Virus record (IMG/VR): IMGVR_UViG_3300044695_003767
Length of the DNA stretch: 64,000 nt
From: a virus
Reading direction: 5' to 3' (one strand)
Below the pieces are notes generated by a model. The model saw only the letters and a program-made list of their open reading frames with translations. It ran no database searches and had not been told where the DNA came from. Below, in pieces: positions 1 through 9,878 of the stretch (positions within the stretch are counted from its first letter, which is position 1; each line of letters opens with the position of its first letter). The position numbers were made by a program, and so were the translations under genes.

Positions 1-630
1 ACTTATGGACCTTCTATTTCTCACTGGGGAACTAGTGTGATTATGGATGGTCGTTATGATGATGATAAATCTTTGGTCTTTACTTACGGTCAAAGAACTG
101 CTACTACTATTTCTCCTGGTGCAACACGGGCACTACTTGCAATTCGTGTTGCACCATCAGTAGACAATGGAGTTGCCGCAGCATTTGGACAAAGAGAATT
201 AATCAATAGAATGCAATTAGTTCTTCGAAATCTGGGAATCTCAATTCGTGGTAGTACAACATCAAACATTCTTGTACAAGCACTCTTAAATGCGACTCCA
301 TCAACCACAAATACTTGGACGAATGCTATTGGTAATGCTACGGGACAACAAAATTCCAGTTTGGCACAAATTGTCGATTATGCTGGTGGTTCAACTACAG
401 TAACAGGTGGTGAAGTTACTGCAGGTCTATTCTCTTCTGGTACTAGCACACTTGATTTAAGTTCTGTAAGAGACTTGGGTAATTGTATTCTTGGTGGAGG
501 TGGTGCTACTTCAAATAGTGGAATATATCCAGACGGTCCAGATACATTAACAATTACTGTAACTAATATTGCTGCCACTGGTGATGTCAATGTAACTGCA
601 AGAATTTCTTGGACGGAGGCACAAGCATAA
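1..630 (+). CDS. Virion structural/tail protein, C-terminal part (gene begins upstream of the window)
   Basis: Frame 1 is open from base 1 (TYGPSISHWGTSVIMDGRYDDDKS...) to ...ISWTEAQA*; G/T/S-rich beta composition typical of cyanomyophage virion proteins. Confidence 0.7.
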   Translation, partial: TYGPSISHWGTSVIMDGRYDDDKSLVFTYGQRTATTISPGATRALLAIRVAPSVDNGVAAAFGQRELINRMQLVLRNLGISIRGSTTSNILVQALLNATPSTTNTWTNAIGNATGQQNSSLAQIVDYAGGSTTVTGGEVTAGLFSSGTSTLDLSSVRDLGNCILGGGGATSNSGIYPDGPDTLTITVTNIAATGDVNVTARISWTEAQA

Positions 631-633
631 GAA

Positions 634-2250
634 ATGGCTAAACTTAAATCTGGTACAAGGATTTACGGAACAGCGACAATTGATACTAGTGTTGTAGTAG
701 GTTCTGCCGTAACATTAAGTTCTTCCGGAATTTTGATTGGTTCTGCAACATCAACGGGAACCGCATCACAACCATTACAAGTTACTGGTGGTGCTTATGT
801 TTCTGGTAATCTTGGTATAGGAATCACAAATCCATCACAATCTTTACACGTTCAAGGTAATGCTAGAGTTACTGGTGCTGTTTATGATTCAACAAACTCA
901 CCAGGAACATCAGGTCAGGTCCTCCAATCAACAGTAACGGGAACCCAATGGACTACTGCAGCAGCAGGTGGTGGTGGATCTGGTAAGTTTGATACATCAA
1001 TTGATAATGTTGTTTACGTTCAACCAACAGGAACATTGGATATTGTTGGAGTTGGTACAACAACCACACAAATCACAACACTTCCTGCTGGTTCGAATAA
1101 GTATTTGGTCCATTCAATTCACGTTACTAATATATCCAACGGTGATGCTGAAATTACTTCTGGGTTTGTAATGAATGCAAGAAAAGTTCCCGCAACAATT
1201 GTTTCTGGTGGTGGAATTGGAGTTGCAGCTGCTGGTATTCATACCATTAGAGTTAGTGTGGCAAGCAGTATTAGAATTGGTATGGCTGTAACTGGACAAG
1301 GAAATATTGGAGAGACAATAGGTATTGGTTCAACTGCAGGATTCCAGTATAACACATATGTAACAAGTGTAGATGGAAACCTAATTACATTAAGTAAACC
1401 AATTGCAGGTGCTGCTGTATCTGGTACTGCTTGGTTTTCACCAGTTTCTAAAGTTTCATCTCGTCTTCCAGTTCCTGTTGGTTCTGCAGTTGAACTTTTA
1501 AAACAACCGATGGTTTTGGATGCATTGGATAGTATTGTGCTACAATCTACTGGTGCTGGCACTGGTGTCGGTACAACTTCAACTGCTGTATTCACACAAA
1601 CAGCAAACTCAAATATTGTATCTTGCACTGTTGGTTCTGCGATTACAAACTTCATTTATGCAGGTCAATTAGTTCAAGGTATAGGAACCAATACTGGCAT
1701 TCAAACAAATACATTTATTGGTGTTGGTTATACTCCAGGATCAAACTTAGTTCCACTTACAAGACCAGCAACATCTACATTAGCATCACAAACACTTTCA
1801 TTCACTGATGTTATAACACCACAAGATGGTGCATTACAAGCAACAATTGTCTATCAATCTTCTACAGACACTTCATATTTAAATGGAACTGGTACTGTTG
1901 TTGGTATTGTAACATTAGCATCACAGGCAGTTTCAGGAGTTACTTCAACAACTCCATTCCCTTATTATGGAACTGGAAACCTTTATCCTTCTACTGTTCA
2001 GTCTATTCGAGTTTCAAATATATCTGATGGTTCTATCTATCCTGGTGGAGATTATCCTGTCTCTGTAGGTATTGGTAATAGTGATACAGTATTCTCCTGG
2101 TTGGCATATAATATGGTGATTCCAAGAAACTCTTCAATTGAACTTTGTGAGGCACCAAAGAGATTGGGGATTGGACAGTCAATCTTTGCATTATCAAACA
2201 CAGTTGGAGTTATCGAAATACAGGTCGCAGGAAAACAAAAAACAACATAA
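634..2250 (+). CDS. Tail fibre-like virion structural protein
   Basis: Fibre motifs (GTASQPLQVTGGAYVSGNLGIGITNP); internally duplicated domain (HSIHVTNIS...PVGSAVELLKQP / QSIRVSNIS...PRNSSIELCEAP). Confidence 0.7.
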   Translation: MAKLKSGTRIYGTATIDTSVVVGSAVTLSSSGILIGSATSTGTASQPLQVTGGAYVSGNLGIGITNPSQSLHVQGNARVTGAVYDSTNSPGTSGQVLQSTVTGTQWTTAAAGGGGSGKFDTSIDNVVYVQPTGTLDIVGVGTTTTQITTLPAGSNKYLVHSIHVTNISNGDAEITSGFVMNARKVPATIVSGGGIGVAAAGIHTIRVSVASSIRIGMAVTGQGNIGETIGIGSTAGFQYNTYVTSVDGNLITLSKPIAGAAVSGTAWFSPVSKVSSRLPVPVGSAVELLKQPMVLDALDSIVLQSTGAGTGVGTTSTAVFTQTANSNIVSCTVGSAITNFIYAGQLVQGIGTNTGIQTNTFIGVGYTPGSNLVPLTRPATSTLASQTLSFTDVITPQDGALQATIVYQSSTDTSYLNGTGTVVGIVTLASQAVSGVTSTTPFPYYGTGNLYPSTVQSIRVSNISDGSIYPGGDYPVSVGIGNSDTVFSWLAYNMVIPRNSSIELCEAPKRLGIGQSIFALSNTVGVIEIQVAGKQKTT

Positions 2251-2253
2251 TTT

Positions 2254-2907
2254 ATGAGTATTCTTATATCATTACCTTGTTATGGTGGATTAGTGAATGA
2301 AAAAACCACAACATCACTGTTTAATCTTGGTAAACTTTTAGTTCGCAATAATATAGATCACGGCATAATGACTGTCGCAAATGAGTCTTTGATTACTCAC
2401 GGACGGTCAAGAATTGCTAATTTCTTTATGAATAATACTGAGTTTGAGTATCTGTTCTGTCTGGATGCTGATGTTGCCTTTTCGCCAGAAGATATGTTGA
2501 AGTTATATTCGTATCAAAAACCAATCGTGTCTGCATCATATCCTATGAAGACACTACCAATACGACACTGTTATGAACTTTATAATCCTGTAAAGTTATG
2601 TGGAAATCTTGTGAAGATTGGTGGAATTGGTATGGGATTTGTATTAATTCATAGAAGTGTCTTTGAGAAACTAAATAATCATTATAGTGAATTAAAGTAT
2701 TTTCCGGGATTGAATAATTCAAACTATCCAATTACTGAAAAAGAATATCATAATTCATATCACTACTTTGCAGAAATGAATAAGGAAGGAAAATACTTGG
2801 GAGAAGATATGAGTTTCTTTCATCGTGTCAGTGATATTGGTTATGATGTTTGGTTGGATACAAGTATAGAATTACAGCACATCGGTTCTCACGTATTCGG
2901 TAAGTAA
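2254..2907 (+). CDS. GT-A fold glycosyltransferase-like protein
   Basis: DxD motif (CLDADV), GMGFVLIHR, GEDMSFF, terminal H-x-G. Confidence 0.7.
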   Translation: MSILISLPCYGGLVNEKTTTSLFNLGKLLVRNNIDHGIMTVANESLITHGRSRIANFFMNNTEFEYLFCLDADVAFSPEDMLKLYSYQKPIVSASYPMKTLPIRHCYELYNPVKLCGNLVKIGGIGMGFVLIHRSVFEKLNNHYSELKYFPGLNNSNYPITEKEYHNSYHYFAEMNKEGKYLGEDMSFFHRVSDIGYDVWLDTSIELQHIGSHVFGK

Positions 2908-2908
2908 A

Positions 2909-4783
2909 ATGGCAATTGGAGTATTTGGTCTACAAGTTGCTTACAGATTAAAGAGACTTGAGGTGATGAGTGTTGATGATACTCACGGATGGTTTGGTGG
3001 TGGTTTTCCAGCACTATTAACAGTAGACCGTATAGATTTTTCTAATGATACTGGAACTACAAACATTAGAGGTTCATTAAGTGTAGGAAGAAGTGCTGCG
3101 GGAGCAACAGGAAACTCTAACTATGGTTGGTTTGGTGGTGGTAATTCTCCAGGAGTATTATCATCAGTAGATAGAGTAGATTTTTCCAATGATTCTCCAG
3201 CAGTATCAGTAAGAGGTCCATTAAGTTTAGCAAGAGATGGAGTATCAGCAACAGGAAACTCTAACTATGGTTGGTTTGGTGGTGGATTTGGTGTAAGTAG
3301 TAGATCAATTGTAGACCGTATAGATTTCTCTAATGATTCTTCCACGGCATCACCAAGAGGTCCATTAAGTTCATCAAGATATAGTGGAGCGTCAACAGGA
3401 AACTCTAACTATGGTTGGATTTCTGGTGGGCAAAATCCAACACTATTTTCAACAGTAGACCGTATAGATTTTGCAAATGATTCTTCAACGGCATCACCAA
3501 GAAGTCCATTGAGTTCAGCAAGAAGTTCTTTATCAGCAACAGGAAACTCTAATTATGGTTGGTTTGGCGGTGGTACTACTCCAGGACCAGTAGTAGCAAC
3601 AGTAGACCGTATAGATTTCTCAAATGATTCTGTATCAGTATCAGTAAGGGGTTCATTATTTACGGCAAGATATGGTTTAGCAGCAACAGGAAACTCTAAC
3701 TATGGTTGGTTCGGTGGTGGTTCTATTAGTGGACCAGGAGTATCAACAGTAGACCGTATAGATTTCTCTAATGATTCAGTATCAGCATCACCAAGAGGAC
3801 CATTAAGTTTAGCAAGACAAGGTTTAGCATCAACATCGGGACAAGCAAAAGGACCAGCAATCAAACTGCAAAAAGCAGGGAATTATGGTTGGTTTGGTGG
3901 TGGTGGACCATCACTTGCGGGGGGTGCAACTGCAACAGTAGATCGTATAGATTTTTCTAATGATTTGGCAACAGCATCACCAAGAGGTTCATTAAGTAAA
4001 ACAAAATCTCAAATATCAGCAACAGGAAATTCTAACTATGGTTGGTTTGGTAGTGGTATTACTACACCACCAACACCAGCAACAGTATCAACAGTAGACC
4101 GTATAGATTTTTCTAATGATTTGGCAACAGCATCAGTTAGAGGTATATTAAGTTCAACAAGATATGCTTTAGCAGCAACAGGAAACTCTAACTATGGTTG
4201 GTTTGGTGGTGGTGGTCTTAATCCGCCAATAACATCAATAGTGGACCGTATCAATTTTTCAAATGATTTAGAAACAGCATCACCTAGAGGTTCATTAACT
4301 CAAACAAGATTTAGATTAGCAGCAACAGGAAATTCTAACTATGGTTGGTTTGGTGGTGGTAGAGGTGGTTCTCCAATATCAACAGTAGCAACAGTAGACC
4401 GTATAGATTTTTCCAATGATTCTGCAACAGCATCACCAAGAGGTCCATTAAGTGCTGCAAGATATTCTTTAGCAGCAACAGGAAACTCTAACTATGGTTG
4501 GTTTGGTGGTGGTGCTTTTCCAGCAAAAGCAACAGTGGACCGTATAGATTTCTCTAATGATTCCACAACGACATCAGTTAGAGGTCCATTAAGTTCGGCA
4601 AGATATCATTTATCGGCAACAGGAAACTCTAATTATGGTTGGTTTGGTGCAGGTCTTTCACCAGCACAAGTATCAACAGCAGATCGTATAAACTTTTCAA
4701 ATGATTCTGTGTCAGCATCAATTAGAGGATTACTTGGGACAAAAACCTTCTTCTATGGAGCAACCTCCAACAGCACCAAATAA
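2909..4783 (+). CDS. Kelch-like double beta-propeller protein 1 (12 repeats)
   Basis: 12 copies of ~47-aa YGWFGGG-x(n)-VDRIDFSND-x4-PRGPLSxAR-xx-LAATGNSN, with a linker after repeat 6. Confidence 0.8.
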   Translation: MAIGVFGLQVAYRLKRLEVMSVDDTHGWFGGGFPALLTVDRIDFSNDTGTTNIRGSLSVGRSAAGATGNSNYGWFGGGNSPGVLSSVDRVDFSNDSPAVSVRGPLSLARDGVSATGNSNYGWFGGGFGVSSRSIVDRIDFSNDSSTASPRGPLSSSRYSGASTGNSNYGWISGGQNPTLFSTVDRIDFANDSSTASPRSPLSSARSSLSATGNSNYGWFGGGTTPGPVVATVDRIDFSNDSVSVSVRGSLFTARYGLAATGNSNYGWFGGGSISGPGVSTVDRIDFSNDSVSASPRGPLSLARQGLASTSGQAKGPAIKLQKAGNYGWFGGGGPSLAGGATATVDRIDFSNDLATASPRGSLSKTKSQISATGNSNYGWFGSGITTPPTPATVSTVDRIDFSNDLATASVRGILSSTRYALAATGNSNYGWFGGGGLNPPITSIVDRINFSNDLETASPRGSLTQTRFRLAATGNSNYGWFGGGRGGSPISTVATVDRIDFSNDSATASPRGPLSAARYSLAATGNSNYGWFGGGAFPAKATVDRIDFSNDSTTTSVRGPLSSARYHLSATGNSNYGWFGAGLSPAQVSTADRINFSNDSVSASIRGLLGTKTFFYGATSNSTK

Positions 4784-4799
4784 ATAACTCAAACTACAT
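4781..4799 (+). promoter_or_regulatory. T4-type late promoter plus leader (TAAATAACTCAAACTACAT)
   Basis: ATAAATA late -10 element; 18/19 identical to 12117-12135. Confidence 0.55.
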
Positions 4800-4807
4800 C
4801 ATTTCTT

Positions 4808-5419
4808 ATGAAGCAGAATATTATTATTGTTGATAATTTCTATGAGAATCCATATGAAGTTCGTCAATACGCATTAAATCTGGAGTATCCACAACCACAA
4901 GACGGATATACCTATCCAGGTAGAAACTCAAAAGGAACTTTTTATAATCAAGAGATTCACGATAAGTTTGAGAATTTAATTGGAAGACATTTAGTTCCTG
5001 CTGATTGTGGTAATCATGGAGATTTTAGATTATCATTAGAAGCAGATACATTCCAACAAGACATTCATATTGACCCAATCTGGGAATGGGGTTGTGTTCT
5101 TTACATGAATCTACCGCATCAGTGTATTGATGAGGCAGGAACATCATTCTGGAAACATAAGAAACTGGGGTGGGAAAGAGTTCCAGAACAACAAGAAGCA
5201 GGTTGGTTTGGTTATACTTCTTATGATGAAATCCGTGATGGTATTGTGTATGGTGATGGACTTGACCGTTCTAAGTGGGAGAGATACTGTTTGGCAAATA
5301 TGAAGTATAATAGAGCAGTCATCTTTGACCCAAAACTCTGGCACTCACACGGAGCAAACTTTGGAGATAGTTTAGAAAATGGTAGATTAGTTCAATTGTT
5401 CTTCTTTAATAATGCATAA
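4808..5419 (+). CDS. 2OG-Fe(II) oxygenase-like protein (DUF6445-like)
   Basis: IVDNFYENP..VR..AL N-terminus, HID, WHS and RLVQLFF, matching the HxD...H...R pattern. Confidence 0.7.
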   Translation: MKQNIIIVDNFYENPYEVRQYALNLEYPQPQDGYTYPGRNSKGTFYNQEIHDKFENLIGRHLVPADCGNHGDFRLSLEADTFQQDIHIDPIWEWGCVLYMNLPHQCIDEAGTSFWKHKKLGWERVPEQQEAGWFGYTSYDEIRDGIVYGDGLDRSKWERYCLANMKYNRAVIFDPKLWHSHGANFGDSLENGRLVQLFFFNNA

Positions 5420-6242
5420 GACTTATTTTTTTGAGAGTGGATTGCCACGTTCTGGTTCTACATTACTTTCTGCAATTCTAAATCAAAATCCAGATATTCA
5501 CTGCGGTGCAATTTCTCCTGTGCTGGAGATTATGTATTATACAGAGCAATACTTTGAAGGGTCGGAGCAGGCACTTGCATATCCAAAACCAGAGCAACAT
5601 CATAAGATTATTTCAAGTGTGATTGATAATTATTATGATGATATTGATAAACCAATCGTAGTGGATAAATGCCGTGCCTGGACTAATAACACCGATAGAA
5701 TACAAGAATACATTACAAAGACTCCAAAGATTCTGTGCCCTGTGAGAGATGTTGTAGAGATTCTTGCATCGTTTATTCAAATGATTCATCGCAATTCCAA
5801 TCAAGTATCTTTTGTAGATAAGGCACTCACAGAACAAGGATATGAACTGACTGATGATAATCGGTGCGACCATCTAATGTCTCCCGTAGGTATTGTAGAC
5901 CAGTCCTTATATGCCTTTGGAGAGGGGTTCAGAAAGGGTTGTGAGAGGTATATGCATATGATTGAGTATAATGACTTGGTAAATTGTCCAGAAGAAACGA
6001 TGCACAAGGTTTATAAGTTCTTAGAGATTCCCGAATACAAACACGACTTTGGTAATGTCAGTCATAAATACCGTGAGAGAGATAATGATATTTACGGACT
6101 AAGTGATATGCACGAAGTTCGTAAGCAAGTAAAAAGAACTTCTAAAAGACCTGAAGAAGTTTTAAGTGATTATGTATTGAATAAGTATTCTGGTATGGAA
6201 TTTTGGAGAAAGGCAAAACCACCAATTAGTTTGTTCATATAA
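5412..6242 (+). CDS. Sulfotransferase (P-loop, PAPS-dependent)
   Basis: 5'-PSB GLPRSGSTLL; DKCRAW; RDVVEILASF; YNDLV..PEETM. Confidence 0.85.
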   Translation: MHKTYFFESGLPRSGSTLLSAILNQNPDIHCGAISPVLEIMYYTEQYFEGSEQALAYPKPEQHHKIISSVIDNYYDDIDKPIVVDKCRAWTNNTDRIQEYITKTPKILCPVRDVVEILASFIQMIHRNSNQVSFVDKALTEQGYELTDDNRCDHLMSPVGIVDQSLYAFGEGFRKGCERYMHMIEYNDLVNCPEETMHKVYKFLEIPEYKHDFGNVSHKYRERDNDIYGLSDMHEVRKQVKRTSKRPEEVLSDYVLNKYSGMEFWRKAKPPISLFI

Positions 6243-6246
6243 GTAA

Positions 6247-8130
6247 ATGACAATCAATAATAACAATATATTTGGAGCATTTACACTTGGAGAAGTTCGT
6301 AGTGGACGACTGACTGGTGAATGGTTAAATAAAGAATCCGTTGCGAATTATGGTTGGTTTGGTGGTGGTTATAATAGTATTGCAACAGTAGATCGTATAG
6401 ATTTCTCCAATGATTCTTCCACGGCATCACCAAGAGGTTCATTAAGTTCGGGAAGACATGGTTTAGCAGCAACAGGAAACTCTAACTACGGTTGGTTTGG
6501 TGGTGGTGTTATTCCTGCAAGATCACTTTCTACAGTAGATCGTATAGACTTTTCTAATGATTCTCCAACTGCATCAATTAGAGGTTCATTAAGTTCAGCA
6601 AGATATTACTTAGCAGCAACAGGAAACTCTAACTATGGTTGGTTTGGTGGTGGTTTCCCTGGTCCAAGATCAATAGTAGACCGTATAGATTTCTCTAATG
6701 ATGCAGCAACAGCATCACCTAGAGGATCATTAAGTTTAGCAAGATATAATTTAGCAGCAACAGGAAACTCCAATTATGGTTGGTTTGGTGGTGGAAATCC
6801 AGGGTTTACATCAACAGTAGACCGTATAGATCTTTCTAATGATTCTGGAACAGCATCACCAAGAGGTCCATTAAGTTCGGCAAGATATAGTTTAGCAGCA
6901 ACAGGAAACTCTAACTATGGTTGGTTCGGTGGTGGTGGACCTAGTTCTACACCAGGACCATTATCAAGAGTAGATCGTATTGATTTCTCTAATGATTCTT
7001 CAACAGCATCAGTAAGAGGTCCATTAACTTTAGAAAGAACTCGATTGGCGGCAACAGGAAACTCTAATTATGGTTGGTTTGGTGGTGGTTATAATACAGT
7101 TACTAGGAGTACAGTAGACCGTATAGATTTTTCTAATGATTCTGTATCAGCATCATTAAGGGGTTCATTAAATCCTGCAGGAAAAACAACACACACAGCA
7201 ACCTCAGGAGTTCTCAATATTCGCAGACAAAAAGCAGGGAATTATGGTTGGTTTGGTGGTGGTTTTCCATCAGCAGACAGAGTAGACCGTATAGATTTTT
7301 CTAATGATTCCGCAACAGCATCAGTTAGAGGTCCATTAAGTTCAGCAAGATATAGATTAGCAGCAACAGGAAACTCTAACTACGGTTGGTTTGGTGGTGG
7401 TAGAGCAGGATCTCCAATAGCAAATACATCAAGAGTAGACCGTATTAATTTCGCAAATGATTCTCCATCAGCATCAGTAAGAGGACCATTAAGTTTAGCA
7501 AGATCTAGTATGGGTGCAACAGGAAATTCTAACTATGGTTGGTTCGGTGGTGGTGGTACTCCATCAGTAGTAGCAACGGTACATCGCATAGATTTCTCAA
7601 ATGATTCTTCAACCGCATCAACAAAAGGTCCATTAAGTTCCGGAAGATATACTCCAGGAGCAACAGGAAACTCTAACTACGGTTGGTTTGGTGGTGGATT
7701 TGTTTCATCTCCGACACCATCTTATGTAACAACAGTAGACCGTATAGATTTCTCTAATGATTCTTCAACCGCATCACCAAGAGGTCCATTAAGTTCAGCA
7801 AGATATGGTTTAGCAGCAACAGGAAACTCTAACTATGGTTGGTTTGGTGGTGGTTATGCTCCTACAACAGTTAGATCAACAGTAGACCGTATAGATTTCT
7901 CCAATGATTCCTCAACAACATCAGTAAGAGGTCCATTAAGTTCAGCAAGATATAGATTAGCAGCAACAGGAAACTCTAACTACGGTTGGTTTGGTGGTGG
8001 TGATCCTGGACCATTATCAACAGTAGACCGTATCAATTTTGCAAATGATTCTGCAACAGCATCACCAAGAGGTTCATTATTTACAACAAAATATTCTTCA
8101 GCAGCAACCTCCAACACCCCAATAGGATAA
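6247..8130 (+). CDS. Kelch-like double beta-propeller protein 2 (12 repeats)
   Basis: Same 12-repeat, 6+6 architecture with QKAGNYGWF linker; ends SNTPIG. Confidence 0.8.
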   Translation: MTINNNNIFGAFTLGEVRSGRLTGEWLNKESVANYGWFGGGYNSIATVDRIDFSNDSSTASPRGSLSSGRHGLAATGNSNYGWFGGGVIPARSLSTVDRIDFSNDSPTASIRGSLSSARYYLAATGNSNYGWFGGGFPGPRSIVDRIDFSNDAATASPRGSLSLARYNLAATGNSNYGWFGGGNPGFTSTVDRIDLSNDSGTASPRGPLSSARYSLAATGNSNYGWFGGGGPSSTPGPLSRVDRIDFSNDSSTASVRGPLTLERTRLAATGNSNYGWFGGGYNTVTRSTVDRIDFSNDSVSASLRGSLNPAGKTTHTATSGVLNIRRQKAGNYGWFGGGFPSADRVDRIDFSNDSATASVRGPLSSARYRLAATGNSNYGWFGGGRAGSPIANTSRVDRINFANDSPSASVRGPLSLARSSMGATGNSNYGWFGGGGTPSVVATVHRIDFSNDSSTASTKGPLSSGRYTPGATGNSNYGWFGGGFVSSPTPSYVTTVDRIDFSNDSSTASPRGPLSSARYGLAATGNSNYGWFGGGYAPTTVRSTVDRIDFSNDSSTTSVRGPLSSARYRLAATGNSNYGWFGGGDPGPLSTVDRINFANDSATASPRGSLFTTKYSSAATSNTPIG

Positions 8131-8133
8131 AAT

Positions 8134-9867
8134 ATGAAATCAGGAGCAAGTGAAAGTTCTTATTTTTTTCTTGAAGAATATTATAAGTTTCCAGAAAACA
8201 TTATAGTTTCTCATTTACCACAAGAACTTCAACAATCAAATAAACCAATCAAAGTATTATGGTCGCAACATTCTTACGACCAACCAGTTTATCTTAACTT
8301 TGATTTTTCAATTTGTGATTTAATTGTCTCTCCATCCAACTGGTGTAGAGAACAATTCATTAAGTATCATCATATCCCAGAGAATAAAATTGTCACAATT
8401 CCAACAGGAGTATCAAAGCAATTTACATACTCATCAAGAAAATCAAAGACATTTATCTATACTTCCATACCATATAAAGGTCTTGAGGTATTAGCACAAA
8501 TCATTCCTCATATTCCAGAGGCAACATTCAAGATTTTCTCTGCGATGAATCTTTATGATATTCAAGAAGACCCATACACAGAACTTTATGAATATCTTAA
8601 ATCACTTCCAAATGTCGTCTACTCACCAGCAGTAGACCAAGCAGAACTCATAGAGCACTTACAGGATGCTGCATTCTTTATTCATCCAAATATTTGGGAG
8701 GAAACATTCTGTGTTTCATTAGCAGAAGCAATGTCTTGTGGATGCTTTCCAATTCTTACAGATATTGGAGCACTTCCAGAAGTATCAAATGAGATTGCAA
8801 ATATTGTTCCTATGGAAGGTATAAGAACCACCAAAGGATATGAAGTCACAGACAACTTCCTAAATAACTTTATAGATGCCTGTAAATCTGCAGTATATTT
8901 CTTTGATAATGACAGGCAGTACTACGACCAAATTTCACAATCTGTTTCACATTATGCTACTGAAACTTATGATTGGAAAAAAATTGCAAACGTTTGGAAA
9001 CAAACATTAGAACCATTTAGTAAACAAACTATGACTGAAAATTGTAACCAACTGCAAATTATTTCCCCAGAGGAAGCAGTAAGTAACGAAGAGTATTTAC
9101 AACAGGCATTTCAAGAAGTGCTTCGTTGGGAAGAAGCAGACAAAGAACTGGCACAAGGAAGAACTAATTTTCAGATTGAGAAGTTCTTTCTGTTAGAGCA
9201 ATATACAGTTCCTGCAGCATTTCAGGCAGCAATTAAGAATCGTCGTATTCTTGCCGAAGGTTATATGCAGAAACTGATTGAGATGAAAGAAAAGGTTCGT
9301 GAGTTTGAGTATCGTTGGAAAGGTAAGAATACTGATGAACCCGTAGAGTGGCATACTTCTGGACCGAATGGTGGTTCCACAAAACTCTATTGGTATGATT
9401 TGGATTCAATCTCAACTCAAAACTATTTGAAGTCTTGTGAGTTGGAAATTCGTGACCGCATTCAGCAGATGAATTTCTTTGATAAGATTATTAATCGTCT
9501 GATTGAACTAAATGGTGGTAAGACAGTTACTAGAGAACAGTTTGAAGCAGAAGATCACGTTTATTGGGAACGTCGTTTTGCAGAGCAATCTCTGGATGAA
9601 ATGGTAAGTTCCAAGACTGGTATTAGTATTGGTAATCTCCACTCAATGAGAAGAGGAACTGCACCTACTCTTGTAAGTGATGATACAAATAGAATCAAGA
9701 ATGGTTATGGTTCACTTGCCGATGCAATTAATGACCCTGATAGATTCTTGAATACTCTGCAAGAGAAAGTTCTTCGTGGTATTGAAGAAGTGACGAATAC
9801 TGATTTAGGTTTGCTTGCACCTGGAACAGAACAACATCAACAACTTTTAGAATCCAGAAACTCATAA
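8134..9867 (+). CDS. GT-B (GT4-like) glycosyltransferase fused to an uncharacterised helical C-terminal domain
   Basis: YTSIPYKGL, HPNIWEETFCVSLAEAMSCG (Ex7E), TDIGALPE; second domain from ~9031. Confidence 0.8.
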   Translation: MKSGASESSYFFLEEYYKFPENIIVSHLPQELQQSNKPIKVLWSQHSYDQPVYLNFDFSICDLIVSPSNWCREQFIKYHHIPENKIVTIPTGVSKQFTYSSRKSKTFIYTSIPYKGLEVLAQIIPHIPEATFKIFSAMNLYDIQEDPYTELYEYLKSLPNVVYSPAVDQAELIEHLQDAAFFIHPNIWEETFCVSLAEAMSCGCFPILTDIGALPEVSNEIANIVPMEGIRTTKGYEVTDNFLNNFIDACKSAVYFFDNDRQYYDQISQSVSHYATETYDWKKIANVWKQTLEPFSKQTMTENCNQLQIISPEEAVSNEEYLQQAFQEVLRWEEADKELAQGRTNFQIEKFFLLEQYTVPAAFQAAIKNRRILAEGYMQKLIEMKEKVREFEYRWKGKNTDEPVEWHTSGPNGGSTKLYWYDLDSISTQNYLKSCELEIRDRIQQMNFFDKIINRLIELNGGKTVTREQFEAEDHVYWERRFAEQSLDEMVSSKTGISIGNLHSMRRGTAPTLVSDDTNRIKNGYGSLADAINDPDRFLNTLQEKVLRGIEEVTNTDLGLLAPGTEQHQQLLESRNS

Positions 9868-9878
9868 GGAGAAAGTAG

